This document shows, piece after piece, positions 10,303-20,468 of a stretch of 64,000 bases of DNA. This stretch comes from a virus (taxonomy: Duplodnaviria; Caudoviricetes), in the IMG/VR virus record IMGVR_UViG_2974767555_000001, positions 11,688-75,687 of that record. One strand, written 5' to 3'. The notes under the pieces are model-generated. The model worked only from the letters and a program-made list of their open reading frames with translations, searched no databases and was not told where the DNA came from. The first letter of the stretch is position 1, and the number at the start of each line of letters is the position of its first letter. The translations under genes were made by a program, and so were the position numbers.

Positions 10303-11742
10303 ATGACCGCACCCGTTTCCAACGTGCCAGGTACAGGCGAGATGGTGTACCTGAAGTCGGTGCTGACCAACGTCCACATCTTCGGGTGTGTGTCGGATGG
10401 TGAGACGCCCGACCAGTTCTGCGCGACCTTGGAGATCGCCGGGGACAACGCCAGCATGAGCTTGGCCGCGCTGGTCGGCCCCAAGGGACCCCCGGGGCAG
10501 AACGCCTTTGCGCTGCGGCTCCAGCGGTCGATCATTGACGACCCGGAGGACCTGCCCCAGAACCTGACCGATGACGAGGAGGACATCGGCAAGTATTGGG
10601 TGCTCAACCATTACGACACCCAGGACGAGCAGCACCAGGTCACCATCACCGGCAGCCCCGACGACGGTGTGTGGACCTACGGGTGGCAGGGCGAGAGCGA
10701 GGTGACCGAGGGGCTGGCCCCCGACGCCACTGCCGCTGATGTCCAGTCGGCTATCGAGGCGCTGTCGTACGTCGGGGCGGGAAACGTGACGGTGGAAGGC
10801 GTTGCGGGCGGTCCCTACCTGATCACCTATGCCGGCGCGCTGGGGTCCCAGGACATCCCCCACGGCATCGCTGACGGCACCGCGCTGGAGGGCGGCACAG
10901 CCCCTGCCGCCACCTGCACCGTGACGGTGGAGGGCGGGTCGGTGCTGACCGGCAGCCGCGCGTACATCTGGTTCGGCGACCACTACAAGGTGCTGATGAT
11001 GGGCAGTCAGGGGCCGGTCGGCCCGGTCCCCGCGATCACCTGGAGGGTGGAGCTGCTGGACCCCGATGGTTCGGTCGATAGCTACATGCAGCAGACCGGC
11101 ACCATGCTGGCCCCCACGGTCACGGCCTACCTGAAGGTGCCGCGCGGCCCCCAAGGCCCCGCAACCAATCTGGGTAACGCCCCCGACGTGGACCTGAGCA
11201 CCCCGCCGAGCATCGGCCAGGTGCTGGGGTTCGCCGGTAACTACACCGGCAGCGGTGATCCGATCTTTGAGCCGATCAGTGTGGGTGCCATCGTGCCGCG
11301 CCCGTACATCGTGCCGGAGGCGGCGTTCAACAACTTCGAGGGTCTGTCCACCCGGGCACCCATCGGGTCGTTTGCTGTACCGGCGCAAGACTTTCCGTGG
11401 AAGCCGGTCGTGTTCGGCAAGATCAGGGCAACCGGTCTGGAGCTGGACTCCGACCCGCTGATCATCGGATGTGAAGTGCGGCTAGGCCACCCGACCACGG
11501 GTCAGCTGGTCGCGCGCGGGTTCGGCAACGTCAGCTCCTGGACCATCCTGACCCCGCACACCTCCACCCCGTCGTCGCCGTCCGACGCGATGACCCCGGA
11601 CAACGACACGGGTTTGGTGCCTGCCAACCACACTGGCAACGACGGCACCCTGTACATCAACCTGTACAACGATGGCCTGACTGGCGTGTATCTGTTCAAC
11701 AAGCAGAACGCACAGCTGTTCGTCCAGGTGACGCCGGTCTAA
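10303..11742 (+). CDS. Minor tail protein with short collagen-like segments
   Basis: GPKGPPGQ, GSQGPVGP and RGPQGPA triplets; 479 aa. Confidence 0.8.
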   Translation: MTAPVSNVPGTGEMVYLKSVLTNVHIFGCVSDGETPDQFCATLEIAGDNASMSLAALVGPKGPPGQNAFALRLQRSIIDDPEDLPQNLTDDEEDIGKYWVLNHYDTQDEQHQVTITGSPDDGVWTYGWQGESEVTEGLAPDATAADVQSAIEALSYVGAGNVTVEGVAGGPYLITYAGALGSQDIPHGIADGTALEGGTAPAATCTVTVEGGSVLTGSRAYIWFGDHYKVLMMGSQGPVGPVPAITWRVELLDPDGSVDSYMQQTGTMLAPTVTAYLKVPRGPQGPATNLGNAPDVDLSTPPSIGQVLGFAGNYTGSGDPIFEPISVGAIVPRPYIVPEAAFNNFEGLSTRAPIGSFAVPAQDFPWKPVVFGKIRATGLELDSDPLIIGCEVRLGHPTTGQLVARGFGNVSSWTILTPHTSTPSSPSDAMTPDNDTGLVPANHTGNDGTLYINLYNDGLTGVYLFNKQNAQLFVQVTPV

Positions 11743-14336
11743 TGCCACGCGCTGTTGATCTGCGACCGCAGAACTTTCGTTTGAGCCATGACCCGACCCA
11801 TCAGCTGACCCCGGATGCTGGGCTGGGCAAGGAGTTCGGAAGCGCTATCGACCTGTTGGGCAAGCTGATCGGCCAGTTCCCCAACCTGATCAGGGAATCA
11901 GCGGAGCGGATCGTTGAGACCCTGATCGGCATTGCGACCAACCCGATCCCGGAGCTGGTGGAGTGGGTGCAGACCATCCCCGGGTGGGAGGCCATCGTCA
12001 CGGCGCTGACCGGCATTCCTGGTGGGGTCGAGCAGCTGACCCAGATGTTCACCAACCTGCGGTCGTTCCTGACCATCGACATCAACGCCGAGGACTTCGA
12101 CCCCCAGCAGGCCGCACAGCAATTCGTGACCACGGTGATCCAGCCGTTCATCAAGACGATTGCCCAGATTCGTGCTGCGTTGTTGGGGCCGTTGCCGATT
12201 GGCATGTTGACCGATGAGCGTATCACCCTGTTGCTGGAGGGTGGGTTCGATGATGCGGTGACCATCGTGGAGGGGTCGGGGTACGTCCACGATCCCGACG
12301 ACGGGGCCACCACCCCGCTGGGCTGCGCGGTGGTCGAGTGCGACGGTCAGTGGCACCTGCTGTCAACGGAACCGGTCAGGGTCGCCCCCGGTTGGGTGCT
12401 CAAGGCGGGCGCGAAGGTCAAGTACGAAAACGTGGTGGCCGCAGCGGAATCGAACGCCATCAGGATCGAGCTGACCCCGTACAACGAAACCGAGCAGGGC
12501 GAGCTGGTGTGGATGGCCAGCGATGAGTCGCCGACCGGTACCGAGGACTGGGGTGACCTGAACGCCTGGGGCGAGTACACCGTGCCCGCAACGGGTGTCA
12601 CCCACGTCGGGCTGACGCTGGTCACCGCCGAGGAGGCCACCGGGGGTCGGGTCAAGTGGGACAACGTGTACCTGCAGGCCACCCAGAAGATCCCCCAGTT
12701 CTTCACCCAAGACCTACCCGAGGACCTGCTGTCGCTGTGGAATGGGTTGGGCAGCCTGATCGACCAGATGCTGACCCGGCTGGGGATCACCCCGGCAGGT
12801 GACCTGCTGGACCGCATCTTTGACCTGAGCGACGAGCTGGAGTGGATTCAGCAAAAAGCCCAGGAGGGTGCCCAGGACGCAGCCGAGGCGCTGGGTGACA
12901 TCGCCAACCTGGCCGGTCAGCTGCTGACCAATCCCGGTGCGGTGCTGGGGACCATCGGTCAGGACCTGGTGGAGCACCTGGAGGACGACCTGGCCGACGC
13001 CGGGGATGCCATCGCTGATGTGTTCGACGACATCCGTGAGACGTGGCGAAACTTCTTCAATGCGTTGACCGGTCGGACTGAGGACACCACGACACTGGAC
13101 GAAGCCGCGGCTCAAATGGCTGAGTTGGCGGCGACGACAGCGGCCAACGCCGCGCTACTGGCTCAGCTCCAGGCCATCGCTGACGGTGACGGCAACGGCG
13201 GCGTGTCGGGTGACGATGACTTCGAGCGGGTCAACACCGACGACATCGGCCCCGGTTGGGACGAAACGTACTCCAACAACACGGCAACCAACGGCAAGTA
13301 CACCATCGCCGATGGGCACCAGGCCGTGATGGTGCCGGTCGGTAGCGGTACCCAGAGTGGCAAGTTCCTGCGGTCACTCGATCAACCAGATGCCGAGACA
13401 GAGACCGACTTTCAAAAGGTCAGCCTGGTCTATGGCACTCAGGTGGCGGGGATCAACGCCGTTGACCGGATCTATGGTCGGGTCAGCGACGACGGGACGC
13501 AGTACGTGTTCGCCGAGATCGGAAGCGGCAACTCCTTCCCGATCCGGCTTCGATTGGGCTACAACGTCGGCGCGGGGGAGGTCATCACCTACAGCGGGGA
13601 ACTGAACGTCCAGCGGTCGCCCGGGCAGATTTGGGCGCTGTTGTGCGGCACGGGTGCCAACGCGCGGGTGTTCGGGTTGTCGTTGGGCGGGTCGGTCATC
13701 GCCGGGTGGACCGATGCCAGCAACGTCACTGGCATGGGGTCCGGGTTCCGTCGATGGGGCTGGGGTGGCGCGTCGGGGTCGTTCTTCGGGTCGCTTCGGC
13801 TCCCGTCTGCGATCACCCGTGTCACTGTCGCCGACAACACCCCGGTTCCGGTGTTGGGCACGACATTCCGCGCCTACCGTGCTTCCACCAGTGCAATCAC
13901 GTTCTCGCTCGACAACGCATCGGGTCGGCTCGAGAACGTGTTCGACACCCTGGAGTACGTCTCCACCGACCTGGTGTGGAATCCCGCGACGGGCACGCTG
14001 ACGGTGACCAAGACAGGCACATATCTGGTGTCGGGACGCCTTGCGGCCAACGCCGATGTCAGCCAGAGCGCCAGCATCATGGCGTTGGACGTGTTCGTCA
14101 ACGGCTCCCGCAAGATCAGGACGGGCGACAAGCTGGTTGCCTCAGCGGGTATCGGTGCCGGGTCCAACTACGACCGCGAGGTCGCTGGCTCGGTGCAGGT
14201 CTATCTACAGGCTGGCGACGAGGTTGGGATGTGGCTGTTCCTGAACAACCGGTCTTCTGGGGTCTCGGTCAACTTCCCGGTCGCCGGGGATGCTGGCGGG
14301 GTCAACACCTGGTTCTCTGTGACCAAGGTGGCCTGA
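11742..14336 (+). CDS. Minor tail protein (large, probable fibre/receptor-binding)
   Basis: 864 aa: helical N-terminus, beta-rich galactose-binding-like middle, C1q-like C-terminus. Confidence 0.8.
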   Translation: MPRAVDLRPQNFRLSHDPTHQLTPDAGLGKEFGSAIDLLGKLIGQFPNLIRESAERIVETLIGIATNPIPELVEWVQTIPGWEAIVTALTGIPGGVEQLTQMFTNLRSFLTIDINAEDFDPQQAAQQFVTTVIQPFIKTIAQIRAALLGPLPIGMLTDERITLLLEGGFDDAVTIVEGSGYVHDPDDGATTPLGCAVVECDGQWHLLSTEPVRVAPGWVLKAGAKVKYENVVAAAESNAIRIELTPYNETEQGELVWMASDESPTGTEDWGDLNAWGEYTVPATGVTHVGLTLVTAEEATGGRVKWDNVYLQATQKIPQFFTQDLPEDLLSLWNGLGSLIDQMLTRLGITPAGDLLDRIFDLSDELEWIQQKAQEGAQDAAEALGDIANLAGQLLTNPGAVLGTIGQDLVEHLEDDLADAGDAIADVFDDIRETWRNFFNALTGRTEDTTTLDEAAAQMAELAATTAANAALLAQLQAIADGDGNGGVSGDDDFERVNTDDIGPGWDETYSNNTATNGKYTIADGHQAVMVPVGSGTQSGKFLRSLDQPDAETETDFQKVSLVYGTQVAGINAVDRIYGRVSDDGTQYVFAEIGSGNSFPIRLRLGYNVGAGEVITYSGELNVQRSPGQIWALLCGTGANARVFGLSLGGSVIAGWTDASNVTGMGSGFRRWGWGGASGSFFGSLRLPSAITRVTVADNTPVPVLGTTFRAYRASTSAITFSLDNASGRLENVFDTLEYVSTDLVWNPATGTLTVTKTGTYLVSGRLAANADVSQSASIMALDVFVNGSRKIRTGDKLVASAGIGAGSNYDREVAGSVQVYLQAGDEVGMWLFLNNRSSGVSVNFPVAGDAGGVNTWFSVTKVA

Positions 14337-14337
14337 C

Positions 14338-15375
14338 GTGCCGTGGTCATACCCTCCGGTCATCCCGGAGCTGACCCACGAACCGGCCTGGTTCCCGGAC
14401 AAGCCGGAACCAGAGCCGCCGCAACATGAACCGGCGTGGTTCCCGCGCTACCGGTTCACGGTGACCGATCAGGGCGTCGGTACCGATCTGGCGCTGCTGG
14501 TACCGGACATCCTGGTGACCGACCGGGGTATCGGCGGCGACAGCGCGCTGATGGGGCTGCCCCCGCTGGACCTGGGGGACCAGGGTGTCGGTGCCGACCT
14601 GGCCATCGCGGGTGTGCTCGGAGCCGATCAGGGTGTCGGTGCCGACCTGGCCGGTCTGGGTGTGTACGGGTGGGATCAGGCCGCTGGGTCAGACAGCGGC
14701 CTGGTCGTCCCCAAGGTGGTGACCGGCGACCAGGCGTGTGGGGCCGACCTTGCCGCGCTCCTGGTCCCGCAGTCAGGCCGCGATCAGGGTGTCGGCTCGG
14801 ACTCAGGGACAGCGGGATTCGCCCCCCACGCCGCGCTGGCGGCGACGTACACCACGGTCGGGGCATACACCTTCACCATCCCGGTCTGGTGCCGCTACAT
14901 CGACGTGATCCTGCTGGGCGGTGGTGGCGGCGGCAAAGGCATGGCCACAGCTGGCTTCTGGGGTCAGGGCGGTCGTGCCGGTGTGTGGACCAGCGTCACC
15001 TTGGAACGGGGGGTTCACATTCCATGGACGGCCATCCAGATCACAGGGACCGTGGGGGCTGGCGGTACCCCGGGCCAGGGTTCGTTCCTCAGCGCTGGCA
15101 ACGGTGGCCCAGGTGGTGCCACAACAGCATCGGCAGCTGGGTGGGCAGGAGCTAGCGCAGCGGGTGGTGCTGGTGGTACGGCACAGAACTTCACCGACAA
15201 CTCCGGTCTGTCGCCAGGTAACCGTACCCACAACGGTGTCACGTACACCGGAGGCAGCCTGGCGCTCATCGGCAACGGAAACGCCCCCGGTGGTGGTGGT
15301 GCCGGTGCACAGGTATCAACCGGTAACGGTGGTGCCGGTGCGCGTGGGCAGGCATGGTTCTACTGCTACCAGTGA
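14338..15375 (+). CDS. Minor tail protein with DQGVG repeats and glycine-rich C-terminal domain
   Basis: Repeated (T/G)DQG(V/I)GADLA units, then DVILLGGGGGG ... GGGGAG. Confidence 0.8.
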   Translation: MPWSYPPVIPELTHEPAWFPDKPEPEPPQHEPAWFPRYRFTVTDQGVGTDLALLVPDILVTDRGIGGDSALMGLPPLDLGDQGVGADLAIAGVLGADQGVGADLAGLGVYGWDQAAGSDSGLVVPKVVTGDQACGADLAALLVPQSGRDQGVGSDSGTAGFAPHAALAATYTTVGAYTFTIPVWCRYIDVILLGGGGGGKGMATAGFWGQGGRAGVWTSVTLERGVHIPWTAIQITGTVGAGGTPGQGSFLSAGNGGPGGATTASAAGWAGASAAGGAGGTAQNFTDNSGLSPGNRTHNGVTYTGGSLALIGNGNAPGGGGAGAQVSTGNGGAGARGQAWFYCYQ

Positions 15376-15424
15376 TCGAAACCTACTAGCACACAACATA
15401 TCCCGATTTTGGAGGGGAACTGTC

Positions 15425-15823
15425 ATGGCCGAATATCAAGCCGCGCATCGACGCGCGTGTGCTGAGGCGATCACCGCGCTGGGCAACACCATTGGCCTGT
15501 ACGCCGGTTCGACCCGTGTCGGTACCGTGTCGGCCAACACCACGTGGGGATCGGCCACCGACCTGACCGAAGCAGTGGACCCGTCGCAGCCGGTCGATAC
15601 CGACAACCCGTCGGTGGACAAGGCCCTGGTCACCGGCTCCCAGGTCACGCTGACCATCCCGGCAGGCACGGTGTCGAACGGCACCACCATCGACCGGTAC
15701 GGAATCCTCAACGGCACAACGCTATTGAGGACCGAAGCGCTGCCGGTGTCACTGGTCATCAACGACGGCAGTCAGGAGGCGCAGGTCCAGGTCACCCCTC
15801 GGTTCAAGTACCGGGGGGAGTGA
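15425..15823 (+). CDS. Putative minor tail protein
   Basis: RBS GGAGGGG; MAEYQAAHRRAC... 132 aa, beta-rich, at the end of the tail module. Confidence 0.65.
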   Translation: MAEYQAAHRRACAEAITALGNTIGLYAGSTRVGTVSANTTWGSATDLTEAVDPSQPVDTDNPSVDKALVTGSQVTLTIPAGTVSNGTTIDRYGILNGTTLLRTEALPVSLVINDGSQEAQVQVTPRFKYRGE

Positions 15824-16095
15824 TGGCGCGGATGCGGCCAGCTGACTGCATGTGGGTCGGTCTGGCTGCATACGTGGTGGGCTGCAATGTCTGTGCCTGC
15901 GCGCGGGGGACCGAGATGTTGTCGGAGGCTGCCGACCGGTACCTGGCCGGGAACCGCTGGGTCACGGAGCTGGTGATGCTGTCGGTGTACGCGCACGTCA
16001 GCAACCGGGTCCCCGACCGGTACGACCCCATCCACTGGGGCTTTTTGGGCGTCAAACGCCTTGTCACGCACGTCAAGCCGAGGAGCACGCGATGA
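15823..16095 (+). CDS. Small membrane-associated hypothetical protein
   Basis: TGATG overlap; hydrophobic WVGLAAYVVG and EMLSEAADRY motif; sits just before lysin A. Confidence 0.65.
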   Translation: MARMRPADCMWVGLAAYVVGCNVCACARGTEMLSEAADRYLAGNRWVTELVMLSVYAHVSNRVPDRYDPIHWGFLGVKRLVTHVKPRSTR

Positions 16096-17402
16096 CTCGA
16101 TTCCTGCCGCTGAAAGAGGGGACCTTCCGCTGGGGGTCGCCGTTCGGGTGGCGACCAGGCGGGGACCACTACGGGCAGGATTTCGAGGCCGCTGACGGCA
16201 CCCCGATCTATGCCGCCCAGGCCGGGACCGTGGCATACATCGGTGCCGCAAGCGGATTCGGTCAGTGGATCGTGATCGACCACCCCGCTGCCGATGGGGC
16301 TGGGACGACCGTCTACGGCCACATGTGGGACGCATTCGCCACCGGTCTGCGGCAGGGCGATTGGGTCGGTGCCGGTCAGCTGATCGGCTACGTCGGTAGC
16401 AACGGCCAATCGACCGGGCCGCACCTGCATTTCGAGGTCCACCCCACCGTGTGGCGGGCCGGTTCCCAGATCGACCCGCGCCCCTGGCTTTCCGGGGCGC
16501 TCAATCCTGGTGGGGCACTGACCCCGCCGCCGAGTACAGGAGGTGGCAACTTGTGGACTGGTGACCCAGTGTGGTTGGAAGAGGTGCTGGGTGCGGAGCT
16601 GGGCGACCGGCTGCGTACCCTGCCCGGGTGGAAGAACCGTGGCCACGGCGACTTCAAGGACATCCGGGGTGTTATGTGGCACCACACCGGCAACGGTCGT
16701 GCCAGCGCTGAGAGCATCCGCGACGGGCGACCCGACCTGGCCGGCCCGCTGGCCAATCTCCATATCGCCCAGAACGGCATCGTGACCATCGTCGCGGTCG
16801 GGGTGTGCTGGCACGCAGGTTCGGGGTCGTACCCGTGGCTGCCGACCAACATGGGCAACTGGCACATGATCGGGGTCGAGTGTGCCTGGCCGATGGACAC
16901 TTCCGGTCGTATCAACGCCAGCTACCAGGCCGAGCGCTGGCCTGATGAGCAGATCATCTCCATGCGCGACGTGGCTGCCGCGCTGTCGCTGAAGCTCAAC
17001 GTCGGTGCCGACCACAACATCGGTCACAAGGACTATGCCGGTGCGACACAGGGGAAGTGGGACCCCGGATACCTGGACATGCGGTGGTTCCAGGGCGAGG
17101 TGGCCAAGGACATGCAGGGCATGTTCGGTGGTCCCGTCCCGCCCCCGCCGCCGCCCCCGGTGGTGGACCCACCGGTCAGCAACGGGTACGCCCACATCCT
17201 GATCTATCGCGGGATGACCGGCCCCGCAGTGCGTGCGCTGCAGACCCGGCTCAAGCGGGCCTACTCCAAGCTGGTGGTGGACGGGGACTTCGGCCCCCAC
17301 ACGGAGGCGTGCGTGCGCGACTACCAGAAGCTGCACCCGCCGCTGGCCGCTGACGGAATCGTCGGCCCCGCAACAGCGGCCATGCTGGAGCTGGTGATCT
17401 GA
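16092..17402 (+). CDS. lysA: Lysin A (M23 peptidase + amidase-2 + peptidoglycan-binding domain)
   Basis: HYGQDF and PHLHFEV (M23); VMWHHT, WHAG, IGVE, IGHK (amidase); C-terminal VDGDFGPHT...DGIVGPAT. Confidence 0.95.
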   Translation: MTRFLPLKEGTFRWGSPFGWRPGGDHYGQDFEAADGTPIYAAQAGTVAYIGAASGFGQWIVIDHPAADGAGTTVYGHMWDAFATGLRQGDWVGAGQLIGYVGSNGQSTGPHLHFEVHPTVWRAGSQIDPRPWLSGALNPGGALTPPPSTGGGNLWTGDPVWLEEVLGAELGDRLRTLPGWKNRGHGDFKDIRGVMWHHTGNGRASAESIRDGRPDLAGPLANLHIAQNGIVTIVAVGVCWHAGSGSYPWLPTNMGNWHMIGVECAWPMDTSGRINASYQAERWPDEQIISMRDVAAALSLKLNVGADHNIGHKDYAGATQGKWDPGYLDMRWFQGEVAKDMQGMFGGPVPPPPPPPVVDPPVSNGYAHILIYRGMTGPAVRALQTRLKRAYSKLVVDGDFGPHTEACVRDYQKLHPPLAADGIVGPATAAMLELVI

Positions 17403-18625
17403 TGGCGTGGTCACCACCGTCCAAGGTCGGGGACATCGCCCCGGTCGTCGCGGCGGCCAAGCAGAAGATCCAGAAGTTCCAGTACGGGCGCGACAACGTG
17501 CCGAGCACCGACACCAGTGAGGTGTACACCGAGGGTCTGCTGACCGCGATGCTGGAGTTCCAGCGGCGCGTACACAACGAGGTGCTGGCCGGTCAGCGCG
17601 AAACCCCGGACGTGCCAACCGATGGGACCATCGACTGGGCCACCCAGGTACAGCTGGGGATCATCGAGCGCCAAAAGCCCACCATCCCAACGGTCGGGCC
17701 GCGCCACCCGGCGATCGTGTTCCGGGGTACCGGGGGCATCATCGGTCAGGACCTGGTGTCGCTGGTGTGTCAGCACTGTGCCGACCTGGTGGAGGAGATC
17801 AACCCCGACTGGCCTGCCACGATGGGCGGCATTCCCGTTGGCACCGCTGGGAACATCAGCGACCCGTCGATGTGGCGCGGGGTGCAGATCGCGGTCGCCG
17901 ACGCACAGCGCCGGTTCCTCGACATCCTGGCCAAGCGACCCGCCGTCAAGATCGTGATTGGCGGGTACAGCGCGGGAGCGGTCGCCGCGGCGATCTTCAA
18001 GCAGTGGATCATGGACAACTTCCCTGATCACTACCTGTGCAGCTTCAGCTTCGGCGACCCGACCCGCCCGGTCGGCGGGGCCTTCTTTGCGGCACCAGTG
18101 ATCCCGTGGGGTCGGGGTGTCGCGTCGGTCCACTACGGCGACCCCAAGGACTGGCGTCACTGCTGGCTGACCGCCGAGGGCGACATGTACGGCCAGGTGC
18201 CGCAAGGCGTTACGGGCGACATCATGGACGATGCGTTCGACATGGTGACCAGGGTGGAGCTGTCGAACATCCTGGAGACTGCCCAGGCGATCATCCCCCG
18301 CATCCCCGAGGTCGCCGAGAAGGCGGGCATCGGGCTGCCCAGCGTGCTGGGCGCGCTGGCTGGCGGTATCCCCGGTCTGCTGGGGCTGGGGCTGCCGTGG
18401 GCGCTGGGGGCGATCAGTGGGCTGGTCGGTACCGGCAACCCTGACCTGTTGACCGGATCGGCAGCAGCGGCCAAGGCAGCGCAGATCGCGCTGACCTTTG
18501 CCGCCCAAGGGACCGCGCCACACATCGAGTACCACATGCGCGAGGTGTGGCCGGGTCAGACCTACCTGGGTCTGGCTATCCAGCACGTTCGGGACTACGC
18601 ATCGGCCACGCCGGCCACTGCGTGA
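17402..18625 (+). CDS. lysB: Lysin B (cutinase-like mycolylarabinogalactan esterase)
   Basis: GYSAG nucleophile elbow, FGDP, C-terminal His (PHIEY), N-terminal PG-binding-like region; follows lysA. Confidence 0.9.
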   Translation: MAWSPPSKVGDIAPVVAAAKQKIQKFQYGRDNVPSTDTSEVYTEGLLTAMLEFQRRVHNEVLAGQRETPDVPTDGTIDWATQVQLGIIERQKPTIPTVGPRHPAIVFRGTGGIIGQDLVSLVCQHCADLVEEINPDWPATMGGIPVGTAGNISDPSMWRGVQIAVADAQRRFLDILAKRPAVKIVIGGYSAGAVAAAIFKQWIMDNFPDHYLCSFSFGDPTRPVGGAFFAAPVIPWGRGVASVHYGDPKDWRHCWLTAEGDMYGQVPQGVTGDIMDDAFDMVTRVELSNILETAQAIIPRIPEVAEKAGIGLPSVLGALAGGIPGLLGLGLPWALGAISGLVGTGNPDLLTGSAAAAKAAQIALTFAAQGTAPHIEYHMREVWPGQTYLGLAIQHVRDYASATPATA

Positions 18626-18647
18626 AACACGACGAAAGGGCAAGTGC

Positions 18648-19004
18648 GTGAACATCCTTGATTTACGGTCGGGGGACGACGTGCGTCGTTTCCTCCACGT
18701 CGCACTACCGGGTATCGCTGCGCTGCTGGTGACAGTCAGCGTGCTGACCACGGAGCTGGCACCGTTGGTCGTCTCCACGGTGCTGACCATCGCCGACTCC
18801 GTGCTGTCACGGGTCAACACGACCGACAAGGTGCGGAAGTGGTTCTATCCGTTGATGGGTGCCGCAGCGCTGGGGCTGCTGGCGCTGGGTCACTACCTGA
18901 ACACGGAGACGGCCCAGTGGTTGGCCATCGTGCCGATCCTGTTGGGCGGCGGTGTAGGTGCGGCCAACACCAACTCGTCCGCTGACCCCACCACGGCAGG
19001 ATGA
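18648..19004 (+). CDS. Holin
   Basis: 118 aa, about four hydrophobic segments with internal duplication (RRFLH.../RKWFY...); follows lysB. Confidence 0.75.
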   Translation: MNILDLRSGDDVRRFLHVALPGIAALLVTVSVLTTELAPLVVSTVLTIADSVLSRVNTTDKVRKWFYPLMGAAALGLLALGHYLNTETAQWLAIVPILLGGGVGAANTNSSADPTTAG

Positions 19005-19567
19005 CTGTCGCGCACGGCTTCCCACGTCGTCGGAGCCTGCGGTATGTGATCCGGGGGTTCCTCGACGTGGTGGACGAGGAGTCAGTGGGCCTGGTCCAGG
19101 CGGTGTTTTACGGGATCGGGTTCGTCATGTTCGGGGTGTACGCGCTGGTCTTCGCCGACAAGCCAGCGGCGGTGCGCGACACCATGTTCAGTCAGACATA
19201 CACGCTGTGGGTGTGGATGTGTCTGATCGGGCCGCTGACGGTCCTGCTGGGGTACTACCTCGACAAGGTGAAGCTGGCGTTACCCGGGGCGATCCTCCGG
19301 TTGGTCGGCGACATCGGTACGTGGCTGATCTTGGGCGCGTACTGGCTGTCCCTGGTCAGTGACATTGCGTTGGTGCGACGGGGCACCTTGGCGGCGTTCA
19401 TCTTTGCCGCGCTGTTGGTGGTCATCAGCCTGTTCATCCTCCGTGACGTTCGACGTATGTTGCAGATTGAGCGCGGCGCGGCAGTCATTTCGGCGATACG
19501 TACGTTGACCGAAGGACTGCCCGCTGGAGAGAGTGAGCAGGGACGAGACACTGATGGTCGGAAGTGA
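19001..19567 (+). CDS. Multi-pass membrane protein (lysis cassette)
   Basis: Four hydrophobic segments; ATGA overlap with the holin. Confidence 0.7.
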   Translation: MTVAHGFPRRRSLRYVIRGFLDVVDEESVGLVQAVFYGIGFVMFGVYALVFADKPAAVRDTMFSQTYTLWVWMCLIGPLTVLLGYYLDKVKLALPGAILRLVGDIGTWLILGAYWLSLVSDIALVRRGTLAAFIFAALLVVISLFILRDVRRMLQIERGAAVISAIRTLTEGLPAGESEQGRDTDGRK

Positions 19568-19880
19568 TGTTGTCGCAACGATGGTGGCCCTAGCTACTGG
19601 GATACTGGGCGGTGGTGCGGGCGCTGCGTTCTGGGCAGGGTTCTTCAAAAGGAACACCGACCGGGCCGACGCTGCGAACGCCATTTCCCAAGGGGCCGTT
19701 GGCCTTCTGACCCGAGCCGACAAGGAGATCGCCAAGTTGGAGAAGAGCAACGGGGAGCTGAAGGCCGTGGCCGGCCCCCTGCTCGACGCTGCCGAGCAGA
19801 TGCTGCCCCTGCTGCCGACCGGTGACCCGCGCGCTGCCGCGTGGGCCAAGGCGATACACGATGCCCGGTTGGTTCTGTAG
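19554..19880 (+). CDS. Single-TM coiled-coil membrane protein (lysis accessory)
   Basis: N-terminal TM (VATMVALATGILGGG), then a helical domain. Confidence 0.65.
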   Translation: MVGSDVVATMVALATGILGGGAGAAFWAGFFKRNTDRADAANAISQGAVGLLTRADKEIAKLEKSNGELKAVAGPLLDAAEQMLPLLPTGDPRAAAWAKAIHDARLVL

Positions 19881-19891
19881 TAGCCGAACGC

Positions 19892-19927
19892 AAAGCGCCC
19901 CCTGGCCTTCGGGCCGGGGGGCGCTTT
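19892..19927. terminator. Bidirectional intrinsic terminator
   Basis: AAAGCGCCCCCTGGCC-TTCG-GGCCGGGGGGCGCTTT between converging genes. Confidence 0.9.
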
Positions 19928-19937
19928 CGTCGTTTGG

Positions 19938-20129
19938 TCAGTCGTCGTGGAGTAGATGGTCGGCCCGTTCCAGTTCCTGGAGCTGGTAGTCCACTTCGTC
20001 GCGGCGGCGGGTGGCTTCGGTGATGGTGTGGGTCAGCTCCGACCGTTCGGCGATCAGCGCGCGCCGCTGGAGTCTGATCATGGTCTCCAGCTGTCCCCGG
20101 GGGTAGCCCCCTATTGTGCGACTTGCCAT
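19938..20129 (-). CDS. Small coiled-coil hypothetical protein
   Basis: RBS GAGAGG upstream of ATG 20129 (MASRTIGG...); converges on the terminator. Confidence 0.55.
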   Translation of the reverse strand: MASRTIGGYPRGQLETMIRLQRRALIAERSELTHTITEATRRRDEVDYQLQELERADHLLHDD

Positions 20130-20234
20130 TCCAGTAAACCCTCTCAGCAAATATTCCAGCCTTTGGCCTGGTCAACGTACACTTCTAGCGTAGTCAACTA
20201 GTCAACGGTTGGTAAGCGAGCTAGACTTCCGCGC

Positions 20235-20468
20235 ATGACAACGACGCCCCAACCACTAACCAGCGAGCAGCGAGACAAGCCGACACCCCAGGTGCGGAAG
20301 CGCCATCTGAAGGCCTTGGCGAAAGCGCGAGCAAACCAGATCAAGGCCCAGGACGAGGTGCGGCAGTTGATCATCGACGGGTTCGCGCTGGGGATCAGCG
20401 GTCAGGACCTGGCTGATGCCGCAGGCGTTTCCAAGCCCCGGGTGTACCAGATCAGGGATGGGCGATGA
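20235..20468 (+). CDS. Helix-turn-helix DNA-binding protein
   Basis: GISGQDLADAAGVSKPRVYQI HTH; -10-like TAGACT at 20222-20227, 7 nt before ATG (leaderless). Confidence 0.8.
   Translation: MTTTPQPLTSEQRDKPTPQVRKRHLKALAKARANQIKAQDEVRQLIIDGFALGISGQDLADAAGVSKPRVYQIRDGR

Noticed and set aside
17965-17985. LysB GYSAG instead of GYSQG as a sign of inactivation
   Set aside because: The G-x-S-x-G elbow, Asp and His appear intact; position 4 is variable.
2202-18829. Long minus-strand ORFs (e.g. 3078-4529, 4578-5951, 15804-17618, 17411-18829)
   Set aside because: Antisense shadows of GC-rich genes with recognisable plus-strand products; no motifs or RBS.
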